DNA from: Malacoraja senta
Taxonomy: Eukaryota
Assembly (NCBI GenBank): GCA_038087875.1
Contig: CM075989.1
Span: forward strand, 14,634,001 to 14,698,000
Reading direction: 5' to 3'
DNA: 64,000 bases
Shown here: positions 39,868 through 51,300 of the stretch, one piece after another
Position numbering within the stretch: the first letter of the stretch is position 1
Layout of the letters: every line of letters starts with the position of its first letter
Made by a program: the position numbers and the translations under genes
Notes under the pieces: model-generated
Seen by the model: the letters and a program-made list of their open reading frames with translations, nothing else
Told to the model about the DNA's origin: nothing
The model's database searches: none

Positions 39868-40690
39868 GGTACGATACGAAATAACTTTATTTATCCCAGG
39901 AGAGAAATTGATCTGCCAATAATCATAAAAATACAAAATACATGAAATTAAAGTGACGAGTGGAAAGGAATGGAGATGGGGGGAGGGGTCAGGCTCAGTC
40001 TACCCCACGACAGAAGGGAGAGGAGTTGTACAGTTTGATAGCCGCAGGGAAGAAGGATCTCCTGTGGCATTCTGTCCTGCATCTTGGTGGAACCAGTCTG
40101 TTGCTGAAGGTACTCTTCTGGTTGACCAGTGTGGCATGGAGGGAGTGAGCTGTATTGTCCAGAATGCTCTGCAATTTGAGGAGCATTCTCCCATCCAAGA
40201 CCACCTCAATGAATCCAACTCCGTTCCCAGGACGGAGCCAGCCTTCCTGATGGGTTTGTTAATCCTATTGGTGTCCATAGCCTTCGCCCTGCTGCCCCAG
40301 CACACGGCAGCGGAGAAGAGGCACTGGCTACCACTGATTGGTAGAACATCTGCAGCATCTTACTGCAGACGTTGAAGGAATGGAGCCTTCTCAAAAAGTA
40401 CAGCCGGCTCTGTCTTGTACAGGGCCTCAGCGTTCCTGGACCAGTCCAGGTACACGCCAAGGTATTGTACTCCCTGGTAAAATGCACATCCCCACCATTG
40501 ATGGAGACAGGGGAGTTCCTCTCCTCCTAAAGTCCATCATTAACTCCTTAGTTCTGTCGGTGTTGAGCTGCAGGTGATTCAGCCCACACCATGCAGAAAA
40601 CATCGTTGACTACACCTCTGTATTCAGCTTCCCTCCCCTCACTGATGCAGCCCACAATTGTAATCATCTGAAAACTTCTGAAAATTATAG
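39868..40690 (-). mobile_element. Rex1/Babar-type LINE 3' fragment
   Basis: QSRLYFLRRLHSFNVCSKMLQMFYQSVVAS and RCRTECHRRSFFPAAIKLYN. Confidence 0.8.
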
Positions 40691-40999
40691 TTCTCCCTTC
40701 AGTCCCCACCCACTCCTATTGTCATTTGAAATCTGATTCCCTACAGTGGAGGCTGGAGAGTTAAGGATATTCTAGACTCCTATCTTGAAGGAAGAAGTAT
40801 TACAAATATCAGTGCATATCATATGTGATAAACGCTCTGGGTCTAACTGGATCATCCAAGGATGCTAAAGCAAGCCAGGGAGGACATTGCTGGTGCATAG
40901 GCAGAGATTTATGCATCTCCATTAGCCATGAGTGAGGTACCAGAAGAATGGGGCTTTGATAAATGGTGCCTTTGTTCAGAAAGGTCCAGAAACTGTATG

Positions 41000-41622
41000 T
41001 TTAGTTTTAGTTGTTTGGAGATAAAGCATGGAAACAGGCCCTTCAGCCCGAGTCCGCACCGACCAGCGATCCGCGTACATTAACAACACCCTGCATACAC
41101 TAGGGCCATTTTTTTTTTAATACCAAGTCAATTAACCTACAAACCTGTACATCTTTGGAGTGTGGGAGGAATCTCGGAGAAAACCCACACAGGTCACAGG
41201 GGAGAACGTACAAACTCCGTTCAGACAGCACCCAAGATCAGGATCGAACCTAATAGCCTTGTCCCACTGTACGAGTTCATTCAAGTGCTCTCCCGAGTTT
41301 AAAAAAAAATCTAACTTGTGGTAAGCACGTAGAATGAACGTAGCGGGTACGTCGGAGCTCGGGGTGTCTCTTAGCGGCTCGTAACGCTAACGGCAGGAAC
41401 TCGGGAAACGCAGTAAGCTCGGGAAGACTTGCGAAGATTTTTCAACATGTTGAAAAATGTCCATGAGAGTCCCGAGTACCTACGAGCGGCCATTACGGTA
41501 ATTCTCCGAGTTCGAATCAGTGCAAACTCGGGAGACTTCTTGAATGAACTCGTACAGTGGGACAGGGCTTTAAGTCTCTGGCGCTGGAGGCAGCAGCTCT
41601 ACCACTGCACCACCATGCCACC
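41000..41622 (-). mobile_element. HE1-like SINE interrupted by a Harbinger MITE
   Basis: SINE sequence continues on both sides of 41254-41570. Confidence 0.83.
41254..41570 (+). mobile_element. PIF/Harbinger-type MITE, family B
   Basis: TAGCCTTGTCCCACTGTACGAGTTC...GAACTCGTACAGTGGGACAGGGCTT with TAA TSD. Splits an HE1-like SINE at its B-box region. Confidence 0.85.
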
Positions 41623-41639
41623 CTCTGTCTGTGAGCCTT

Positions 41640-42270
41640 ACATCAGTGGTCGGTAAGTTATTTGAGAAGATTTCTGAGACAGGATTTATGTTCATTTGGA
41701 AAGCCAGGGAGGAGTTTGGTCTTGTGCAATGAAATTAAGACTGATTGAACTATTTAGAGGCAATAACTAAGACAATTATTCAAGACAGGACTGTAGAGGT
41801 GATTTACATGAATTTCAGCAAGGCTTTAGACCAGGTCCCGCGTGGTAAGGTGGTCCAGAAGGTCAAGGCACAATGGATCCGAAGTGTGTGGACAAATTGT
41901 GGATGCAAGATAGGCACATTGATAGAAGGCAGAGGGTTATGGTGGAGGATGTTTTTCTGAATGAAAGTCTGTAAGTAATGGCGTGGCGAAGATCAGTGCT
42001 GGAACTTTTGTTGTTTGTGGTTATAAATGACTCGGATGAGAATGTAGGTGGTCTGATTGCTAGATATTCAGCCAACAATAAAATTAGTGTAGTCACAGAT
42101 AATGAAGATTGTCTAAGAATACAGACAGACATAGATCAGCTGTGGAAAATAGACTTTAATATGAACAAGTATGAGGAAATACTGTTTGGAGGTCAAATTC
42201 TGGTAGAACCTATAGAATAAATGGCAGAAATATTAGGAGCATTGGTGTGCAGAGATCTGGGGTTGCAGAT
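41640..42270 (+). mobile_element. CR1 LINE RT fragment (degraded)
   Basis: VEVIYMNFSKALDQVP and SVLELLLFVVINDSDENV are degenerate RT motifs. Confidence 0.8.
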
Positions 42271-42405
42271 CCAGCTCGAGTCCTTGTCACCTTCAAGTAA
42301 CATTTACATTCATTTTACAATAATCTCATACTATCTTTATATTCCCATCAACTCCTCCCTGAGTCTACTACCTCTCTGCACATTAGGACCAATTAACTCA
42401 CTGAC

Positions 42406-42705
42406 TGGGGCGGCACAGTGGTGGAGCTGCTGCCACTCAAAGCCAGTGACCCAGGTTCAATCCTGACCTCGGGTGCTGTTAGTGTGGAATTTACACATTC
42501 TCCCTGTGACTGTGTCGGTTTCCTCCGGGCGCTCCAGTTTCCTCCCACATCCCAAAGACAACCGGTTAGTTGGCCTTTGTAAAAATTGTCCCTACTCTGT
42601 AAGGTGTGGATGAGAAAGTGGGATAACAAACTAATGTAAATGGGTTGGTGTGGACCCAGTGGGCTGAAGGCTCTGTTCCCATGCTATATCTCACTCTCTA
42701 AACTA
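42406..42705 (+). mobile_element. HE1-like SINE
   Basis: GGGGCGGCACAGTGG head, GGTTCAATCC B box, CTCTAAACTAA tail. Confidence 0.83.
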
Positions 42706-44501
42706 AGAGTACACGTCTCCGAGATGGTCAGTGTGGACTCGGTGGGTCGAAGGGCCTGTTCATCTCACCTCATAACCTATCATTTACACGTCCCCTCTAT
42801 ATCTCTAAACTAACCTAAAAGCTTGACAATGTAATTTCTACATTCTCCCTTGTTATTAACCATTCCTGCTAAAAACACACATATTAAGCACCAGATAGAC
42901 TGTCCATGGATAGATTATTTGTCAAACCACACATTTTATGGGCTGCTTCAAAGAAAAACATTAAATCACTTGATCTCTCGAGGGCAATAGTATAGAACAT
43001 GCATACTTCAAACCAGCAAAAGAATCAATTCTACCGCAAGAGTACTCAGTGTTGAACAGGGATGGTATAATTCTTGAACAACTTCACAATTTGTTTGTCT
43101 TTTCTCATGTCCATCTTTCATGCTTCACTGAAATATCACTTACACTTTACTCTGGGAGTGAAATGAAGAATAGAGCATGTTGCAAATGCCTTTATTATTA
43201 GTCCTTGCCCCATCTTGTCCCCTCACTTCTTTTTACCAGCTATCTCCTCTCTACCCCATCAGTCTGAAGGGTCACAACCTGAAATGTCAGCTGTCCATTT
43301 CCTTCCACAGAAGCTGCCTGACCTGCTGAGTTCCTCCAGCAGTTTGCTATTTTTTTGTAAACTCAAGATTTTATCTTCTGCAGTCTCTTGTGCCTATACT
43401 TTGTAGAACACATCTCTTCAGTTTGCACAGGTAACACATCAAGTACTGACATGTAATCTGATCACTAAAATAAAGAGGCAGGACATCGTCACTACAAGAA
43501 ACAAGATGTCTCATAACTGAGATTAGCTAAAAAGATGAAATGGTCTACATTCCGCACAACTAGAATATAGGGTTCAATAAATCGAGTCGAGAAAAATTAT
43601 CGTTAGGAAAACAAAGAGCAAACAGAGTAAAATTTGACAGAATTTGAATTAATTATAATTAGAACTGGTATGAATCAGTAATCTGGGAAATCATTAGGAT
43701 ATTAAGCACCATGCAGAAGCGTCCAAGATCAGATCGACACGGGTCCCCAGCGCATAATTCTTCAAACTAACACCAATAACATGGGACAAACAGAAGAGAC
43801 AGTAAACACAAAGTGCGGCGTTTAAGAAAAGCTGAACACGTAAAGGAGAGGTGTAAATAATACGTTATGAGGTGAGATGAACAAGGCTGAGAGGACTATG
43901 CATACAGCAAACACTGCCATATATCAATCAGAATTGAGCCAGAGTATATATTATATCGAATTTAATTCACCAAATGAAAACAGGCAATCAAAATTTGCAT
44001 AAATATCACGATTTTCCAAAATCAAGATATCACAGATTTTTAACCTGTTGACTGGAGTTTTCCATTTCTAGTCAACAGCAGCAACGTTTGAAGCTAGCAA
44101 CTCAGTCAACAACCATTTAAAAATATACTTATGGAAGAGGTTTATCATAAAGGGGAGAAAAAATAATGAGGTTATTTAAATCAAATCCACGGAGGCGATT
44201 TCCAATTGTTCAACTTATCTACCATCATCTCTCTTTCTGCTTTCATGGAAGCGAAGTGCTTTATGAATATTTAATAGTCAACGTCAGGCAGGTGAACTGG
44301 AGCCTGGAAGGACAAGACAGGTGAATCTGATATATCCCACCTGTTTAAATTACATCGGTCAAAACGTTACAAAGGATTGTTGGGTCACTAGTGGATACAT
44401 TTTAAGATTTGATTGTATCCACAGCTCGACAGATGAAAATTAATGGGATCTCGGCTGCACACGTATCTCATACAGTCCTTTCTGGTTACCGGCAGTAAAA
44501 G

Positions 44502-44575
44502 TTAAGAATCTTCTGCCATTTCCATATTTTCCGGCAAAGTCTCCACTATCTTTTCCTCCAATTTCTTTGACTTGT
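44502..44575 (-). CDS. RSL24D1: RSL24D1 coding exon 6 (last), includes stop TAA
   Basis: Acceptor ttttcttttaacAG, (D)KSKKLEEKIVETLPENMEMAEDS*. The six exons sum to 492 nt = 163 aa plus stop, the length of human RSL24D1. Confidence 0.93.
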
Positions 44576-44727
44576 CTGTTAAAAGAAAATATGAAAAGTA
44601 TTAAACTGTGATTTTCAGGAGACTTACAAATCGCAATAAATGTTAACAATCTACATTATACATTTGATTTGGAGTATTTGTACAGTTGCTTCAAACACCA
44701 AGGGTGTTATACATTTCAGATCATTAC

Positions 44728-44813
44728 CTGCATGAGGAGCCTTGATGAGATGGATGTTCTGTTTGACCTCTTTGATGTCGGCCTTTGTCTGTAACACTTT
44801 ACTTTTATTCAAT
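44728..44813 (-). CDS. RSL24D1: RSL24D1 coding exon 5
   Basis: Acceptor gtttaAG, LNKSKVLQTKADIKEVKQNIHLIKAPHA, donor GTAATG. 86 nt. Confidence 0.95.
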
Positions 44814-45754
44814 CTTAAACACAAATCAGAATATTCATTACTTCAGCAATCTAGTTTTATTATACATTAGTTATCAAAACATGTGTTTTGCTAATAAGGA
44901 TTCAGCTGCATATTCCAGCAGATCATGAATAACTAGAAATTGTAATCAAACAGTACAGCAAGATTAAACACCAGAGATAAATACAAACATGACTGATTAC
45001 ATAAATACTGATTATTCAAAAATAATGTTAAACATTTTGTCCTGTATGTAGCAAGCTTTCCAGTATAATACGTGCAAACACACCTTTCCTTGCTTTTCAT
45101 GATTTAACCACATTGACAAATTGACCTCCCCTACATGTTATGAATTCATCTTCATCACACCCTTTCCACCTTGGAATGCATTTGATTCCAATTATAAGGT
45201 GGAAAATTCTCACTATTGTCTCTCCTTTACTATGCAAAACTCCCAAAAACCGGACTGTGACTGTACATCGATAGTTCTGCACTATTTTATTCCCACTGCA
45301 ACTCAAGAACACATTCAGTTTAAAGCGATGTGCAGCATGTTAGATTGAGATAATTGGTTCACGGTTCAAAATTAAAAACATCAAGTATGTACTTCAGCAG
45401 AGGGCTGAGTGAGCATTATATTTAACTGAGAAATTGCCATAAAGGCTGCACCTACATTATAATCTGTACAATAACACCCCATTGCAATACCAAAGAAGTC
45501 ATCCGGTATCATGGCCAACATTAATCTCACAGATTAAATGGTCACGTGTGCCTACGTGTCCATGTCCGAATTACTATTGAAATTTAATGCCTTGAAGCAT
45601 CCTAGGACATAACAAATGTCCCACACAGGCAGAACCAAGTAGTATTTTTCTGCAGTGTTATTCTATGAAATGGGATATTAAAGCAATTGATTACTTGAGA
45701 AGCATATGGAATATTATTTTACTAATCTGTATACAAAACTTTTGGAACACAAAA

Positions 45755-46158
45755 TGTATACTCTGGAATTTAGAAGGATGAGAGGTAATCTTATTGAAAC
45801 ATTTAAAATTGTTACGGGATTGGACACGCTAGAGGCAGGAAACATGTTCCCGATGTTGGGGAGTCCAGAACCAGGGGCCACAGTTTAAGAATAAGGGGTA
45901 GGCCATTTAGAACGGAAATGAGGAAATTTGTTTTCACCCACAGTTGTGAATCTGTGGAATTCTCTGCCTTGGAAGGCAGTGGAGGCCAATTCTCTGGATG
46001 CTTTCAAGAGAGAGTTAGATAGAGCTCTTAAAGATAGCAGAGTCAGGGGATATGGTGAGAAGACAGGAACAGGGTACTGATTGTGGATGATCAGCCATAA
46101 TCACATTAAATAGCAGTGCTGGCTCGAGGGGCCTACTCCTGCACCTATTCTCTATTGA
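45755..46158 (+). mobile_element. CR1 LINE 3' fragment in RSL24D1 intron 4 (antisense to the gene)
   Basis: YTLEFRRMRGNLIETFKIVTGLDTLEAGNMFP. Confidence 0.88.
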
Positions 46159-46219
46159 CAATTAGATTCTAAATAATTAAGCAATTTAATCTCTTTTAAA
46201 ATCCCAATTTCGCACTCAC

Positions 46220-46283
46220 CTGTTCATAACAAATCTTGCTTGGCGCTTCTGTTTGATTTCCTCAACTCTCTTCATTGCTTTAA
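46220..46283 (-). CDS. RSL24D1: RSL24D1 coding exon 4
   Basis: Acceptor ttttaacAG, (V)KAMKRVEEIKQKRQARFVMN(R), donor GTGAGT. 64 nt, phases 1 and 2. Confidence 0.96.
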
Positions 46284-47695
46284 CTGTTAAAAACAATTTC
46301 ATTATGAGAGTCATTAAAACAAAGCGCAAATTGATGGGACAAAAACTAAAAACAAATTTGAAAAGGCCAAATTACTCAATCGCACACACAATCACACTAT
46401 ATCAGGATATAATTGCAATGACTATCTAATCAACATTCTTAGTAGTTATTCATTCCTGAATACCATACCAAAATAAGTTTTTGACTGATACACAGTAATG
46501 ACATGAAAATCTTAGATGATGACAAATGCCCAATGACTTCAAAGCTGAAATGAAATTTTATTAACACTCTTATGAGCATATTCGGATTTCTTACTTCACA
46601 AATCCAAGGTTTGATATTGTTTCAGGGCAAATGAGGTGGATAGAGGCTTTCGGTAAATCATCCAACCAAAACCAGTTAATATAGGAAAAAGGCCAAAACC
46701 AAATCCAAAATGCAACAAAGTCACATGTGTCTATTTTAACTATTTGCACCAGATTTTTTCAGACTAACAATATGTAAGTTTAAAAAATATAAAACTGGGC
46801 CAATTGACTGACACACAGATGGTCCACGTATGTCAGTGGTGTTTCCTTGCCACCTCAGTAAGCTCAGTTGCTGCTATTGTCAGGACACACAATGCCTGTA
46901 TGTTAAACCTCCCAGCAATTTTCTATGAGCCAAATGCATTTATTGAAGATCATTTATTCCAACATCATTCAGCATTAAACTATAACTTAAAAAACCCAAC
47001 GTTTAGCTGATGTGCAGAACCTAACAGGGGTGTTGCAAACATTCTATTGCCAGACACAATCATATTTTTTGCACAATATTGCCAATCCTATTTTTGCCTT
47101 ACAAAGATTAATTTCTCTTTAAAATGCAGAAGATATCCATGTACTGCAGTCAGCCTCTATGCTTACACATGATTTACAAGGCAAATTGAAACCATAGCTT
47201 ACTTCAACTGGATTCACATTCCTCTACTTTAATACATATGAAAACGTAACAGAAACAGCCTCTAAACCATATGTGACAACAATCACATTTCAGCCTATAC
47301 TATTTGTTCAAAGGCTGTAGGAATGCAGGTCCTCAGCACACAATGAAGTGACCCTTAGCCCTATCCTTCACATCAGGCACACAGAACTCCTGCAAACCTC
47401 ACAGTGCTCATTCTTCCATTTAAGATCATCACCAATTTAAATATATCCGAAATGTCACAAAGCATTCCCACTAGTCAATTATTTATACAGTTAAAAGGTT
47501 TGCTTCACTTTTCATCCAAACTCCATCGTTTCTTTGCTTTCTTTATACCAGAGAGCTACATTCTGTGCCAGTGTAAGCTAAACGGCAAGAGACTCATTCT
47601 AGATACACTGAATAATTTGCATTAGATTCATCAAGATTGCAGGAGTGACTGAAATATATTGAATGCATTTGTGATGCAGCATAAGAATGGCTTAC

Positions 47696-47768
47696 CTGAC
47701 AGAGACCACAGCTCTCTCTGGTACTTGACTGGTACATTCCTACGTTTTTCAAATTCAAATGAATTATC
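47696..47768 (-). CDS. RSL24D1: RSL24D1 coding exon 3
   Basis: Acceptor ttttatttat[26 protein letters not shown] plus 1 nt, donor GTAAG. 73 nt. Confidence 0.96.
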
Positions 47769-47850
47769 CTATAAATAAAAATCAGGTGTCAAGAACATCA
47801 ATTTGTAATGATAACCATGTAAAAGAAGACGAGAGAAGCTACTTGCATAC

Positions 47851-47964
47851 CACTGTCAATTCTTTGCCAGCTGACTTGCGGAAGGCCTTTGTCCACCTGA
47901 CCTTTCTTGGGTTACGCTTCTTCTTAAAATTCTTATGACATTTTGATCCACAGAATCTGAAAGT
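47851..47964 (-). CDS. RSL24D1: RSL24D1 coding exon 2
   Basis: Acceptor ttcc[40 protein letters not shown], donor GTATGC. 114 nt. Confidence 0.97.
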
Positions 47965-48027
47965 CTGGAAGATATTTAAATAATAATTTGTATAAATTAA
48001 ACAATAATTTGTATAGTTCATGTGGTG

Positions 48028-48310
48028 TTTAGTTCTACAGCGTAGAAATAGGCCCTTTGACCCACCGAGTCCACTCCGACCTGTGATCCCCATTACACTA
48101 CCACATCTACACACTAGGGACAATTTACGATTTTTACCAATGCCTATTATCCGACAAACCTGTACATCTTTGGAGTGTGTGAGGAAACTGGGGCACCTGG
48201 GGAAAACCCACACGGTCATGGGGAGAACATACAAACTCCAGATAGACAGTACCCTTAGGCAGGATGGAGCCTGGGTCTCTGGCACTGTAAGGCTGTGACT
48301 TTACCACTGG
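48028..48310 (-). mobile_element. HE1-like SINE in RSL24D1 intron 1
   Basis: Reverse copy of the family. Confidence 0.82.
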
Positions 48311-49429
48311 TCAACACCCTGCAAGGGTAAAAGGACTGCAGTATAAACAAGGAACTAGATGCCGGTTTTCCAAGGAAAGCTGGAGTAACTCAGTGGGTCA
48401 GGCAGCATCTCTAGAGAACATGAATGGGTGATGTTTTGAGTCAGGACCCTTCTTCAGAATCAGTATGTGGCCCCAAAAACTGAAGGAGTGGTGACATAAT
48501 TCACAACAGTGTGCAACTTCCTGGTATGGTGAAACTCACAGGCCAGGGGAATGCTGTGAAACTCGTCAAGGTGAGTAACTGCAGCTCAGTTTATGGAGAG
48601 AGTGCATGGCTGCCATGCTACATGAGAGGAGAGGGCAATGAATGTTTAGTTATGAGAGGGGTACTGAACCAACAGCTTTCACCTTGACTCTTACAAGTTA
48701 TGAGTATTGCTGGAGCTGCAGTCATCCAGACGAGAAAATGGCCCTTCACATCCCTAAACTGTGCACTGTTTGTGGGGCAAGGCTTTGGGTTATTCATGTC
48801 ACAGGAAAGAGTCTGACCTGTTCTTACAGCTTTAGTGTTTGGCAACAGGTTCATCCCTGTTTCTGAGTTATTATAGATTCCCAAGATGTTGCTGGACGAG
48901 GATATAGTAATGGTATATGCCAATGGTAGTTGCATCACTTCATGCCACTGTATGCCAATGGTATTTGCATCACTTCAGTCTGCAGAAGCGTCCCAACATA
49001 AAACATTGTCCAATCACATCCTCCAGAGATGCAGCCTGACCCATTGAGTTACTCCAGCACTTAGTAATCTAGAACACTCCCTTGTTGGAGACTGTCATTG
49101 CATGCCGCTTTGGTAGCACAAATATTACTTGGTACTCATTAGTTGCGTCCGAATATCCAGGTCTTCCTATACAAAGAGGTAATTGTTTCTGTGCTGTAGG
49201 ACTGGATGGAGGTCAGAGGCAGACCTCACTTGGTACCATGTAGACGCTGGGAGTGAGGGTCAGTGCCTGAACCAAGTGATGTAGTCACCACCCACTCCGC
49301 TGGCCGCCCAGGAGTTGAGGTGTGATGGGGCCGTTCAGTTTATTGTCACTTGTACCCGAGGTATGGTGAAAAGTTTTTGTTGCAGGTTAACCAGTCGGCG
49401 GAAAGACAATCGAGCCATTTGCAGTATAT

Positions 49430-50095
49430 AGACACAAAATGCTGGAGTAACTATGCGGCACAGGCAGCATCTCTGGATAGAAGGAATGGGTGATGTTTTG
49501 GGTCGAGACCCTTCTTCAGACTGAGAGTCTGGGGAGACGGGAGACAGAGATATGGATGGGTAAGGTGTGAGAATGAGACATCAAAGGGGAAGAAGCTCAA
49601 GGAAAATGTAGTATAGATTATTGTTAACTAGGAGAAGGTGACATTGAAGCATACAATGTAATCAGGACCGTCAGACAGGTCAGAGAACTAGGATGAGGGA
49701 GTGATGAAGAAAAAAGGAAATCAAGGGTTACTTGAGTTAGAGAAGTCAATATGTTAAGGGCCTGTCCCACTTGGGCGTCATTTGCGCGTAATCATTTACG
49801 CGCGCATTGCGCCGCGCACATGGTGCGTGGTGACGTAGGCAGTGACACATGGTGCCCCAGGATTTTAGTATGCACAAAATCTTCACGCGCCATCTGCGTG
49901 ACACGCAAATGACGCCCAAGTGGGACAGGCCCTTTAGAGAAGCAAAATATGAGGTGTTGTTCCTCCAATTTGCAGTGGGCCTCACTCTGACAGTGGAGAC
50001 GGCCCAGGACAGAAAGGTCAGTATGAGAATAGGAGGGGGAGTGAAAGTGTTTAGCAACCGGGAGATTGTGTCGGTTTACTAAGCCGAGGTGTTCA
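49430..50095 (-). mobile_element. Penelope-like element fragment in RSL24D1 intron 1, interrupted by a Harbinger MITE
   Basis: Minus strand LSVLGRLHCQSEAHCKLEEQHLIF, homologous to 26148-26553. Degenerate hammerhead core at 49492-49519. Confidence 0.78.
49757..49933. mobile_element. PIF/Harbinger-type MITE (177 bp)
   Basis: Perfect 30-bp TIR AGGGCCTGTCCCACTTGGGCGTCATTTGCG. TTA TSD at 49754-49756 and 49934-49936. Confidence 0.9.
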
Positions 50096-50527
50096 GGATA
50101 AGGGAATAACGTTTAGTGCAAGGTAAAGTCCGATCGAAGATAGTACGAGGGTGACCAATGAGGTAGATAGTAGTTCAAGACTGCTCTCTAGTTGTGGTAG
50201 TATGATTCAGTTGCCTGATAACAGCTGGTAAGAAACTGTCCCTGAATCTGGGGATGTGCATTTTCACACTTCTAGACATTTTGCCCGATGGGAGAAGATG
50301 GAGTGGCCAGGGTCCTTGATTATGCTGGAGACCTTGCCGAGGCAGCAAGAAGTATAAACTGAATCAATGGAAGGGAGGTTGGTTTTTGTGATGGTCTGGG
50401 CTGCATTCACAATACGCTGCAATTTATTGCAGTCTTGGTTGGAGCTGTTCCCAAACCAAGCTGTGATGTATCATGACAAAATGCTTTCTATGGCACATCT
50501 GTAGAAGTCGGTGAGAATTGTACGGGA

Positions 50528-50704
50528 GGTAGACAAAAGTGCTGGAGAAACTCTGCGGGTGCAGCAGCATCTATGGAGCGAAGGAAATAGGCAACGTTTC
50601 GGGCCGAAACCCTTCTTCAGACTGATGTAGTCCTGCACCCGCTGAGTTTCTCCAGCACTTTTGTCTACCTTCGATTTTCCAACATCTGCAGTTCCTTCTT
50701 AAAC
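50528..50704. mobile_element. Short Penelope-derived insertion with inverted arms
   Basis: Inverted arms of about 37 bp. TSD-like AGAATTGTA(C)GGGA at 50514-50527 and 50705-50717. Splits a Rex1/Babar fragment. Confidence 0.8.
50593..50620 (-). ncRNA. Minimal hammerhead ribozyme-like core, sense strand of RSL24D1 intron 1
   Basis: Minus strand CUGAAGA-A-GGGUUUCGGCCC-GAA-ACGU-U. Core intact, helix I weak. Confidence 0.5.
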
Positions 50705-50899
50705 AGAATTGTAGGGAATATGCCGAACTTCCTAAGCCTTCTCAGGAAGTAGAGGCGTTGGTGTGCCGTCTTGGTCGTTGCTTTAACATGGGTGGTCCAG
50801 GAGAAATTGTTGCTGATATTGACTCCTAAGAATTTGAACGTCAACCATCTCTACTTCGGCGCCGTCAATGCAAACTGGGGTATATGGTGGGGTTGTGTC

Positions 50900-51300
50900 T
50901 GTGAAGCTCCCCGCCCACCGAGCCCCCCACCACCCTGTGCGGGCCAACCAACAACCGAGCTCCGTCAACAAGGCAACGTGGAGAACGCTGGCTGATATCC
51001 CCACCCACCGTCAGGGACACCGCTGATCACAGCCCCCGTTACCGGCTGCGCCCTGGCCTCACCTTGCAGTCGTTGCGGACAAACATCGTGCCGTGTCCCG
51101 GATACACGGGCGCCGAGCAGAAATAACACTTCTCGATGCGCATCGCGCCCACCGAACGTCCACCTCGCCTGCAGCAAAATGGCGGCGCTCAGCTTCCGGG
51201 GGGGGGGTGAGCTCACATCCGGCCCGGACATGCGCTGCAGCGCCCCCGCGCGGCCGGAGGAGCAATGGGGGAGATGGTGAGTGGATCGGGCAGGGAGAGG
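50900..51300 (-). promoter_or_regulatory. RSL24D1 CpG-island promoter and 5' UTR with YY1 and ETS/GABP motifs
   Basis: GC/CpG-rich patch around exon 1 in an AT-rich background. YY1 motif GCCGCCATTTT on the minus strand (about 51176-51186). ETS motif CCGGAAG (51193-51199). No TATA box seen. Confidence 0.75.
51063..51143 (-). CDS. RSL24D1: RSL24D1 (probable ribosome biogenesis protein RLP24) coding exon 1
   Basis: Minus strand reads [27 protein letters not shown], then donor GTGAG. 81 nt, phase 0. Matches the conserved RLP24 N-terminus. Confidence 0.97.

Larger units (their letters stand above)
50095..50880 (-). mobile_element. Rex1/Babar-type LINE fragment
   Basis: Homologous to 19300-19800. 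Its 3' end resumes at about 49335-49430. Confidence 0.72.

Noticed and set aside
44814..46219. Possible intronic C/D snoRNA in RSL24D1 intron 4 (TGATGA on the minus strand near 45152-45157)
   Set aside because: No suitably spaced D box or terminal stem was found.
47839..48285. 148-aa ORF ending in RSL24D1 sequence as an alternative N-terminus
   Set aside because: Chance read-through from an intronic SINE into exon 2. The true exon 1 with a canonical donor is at 51063-51143.
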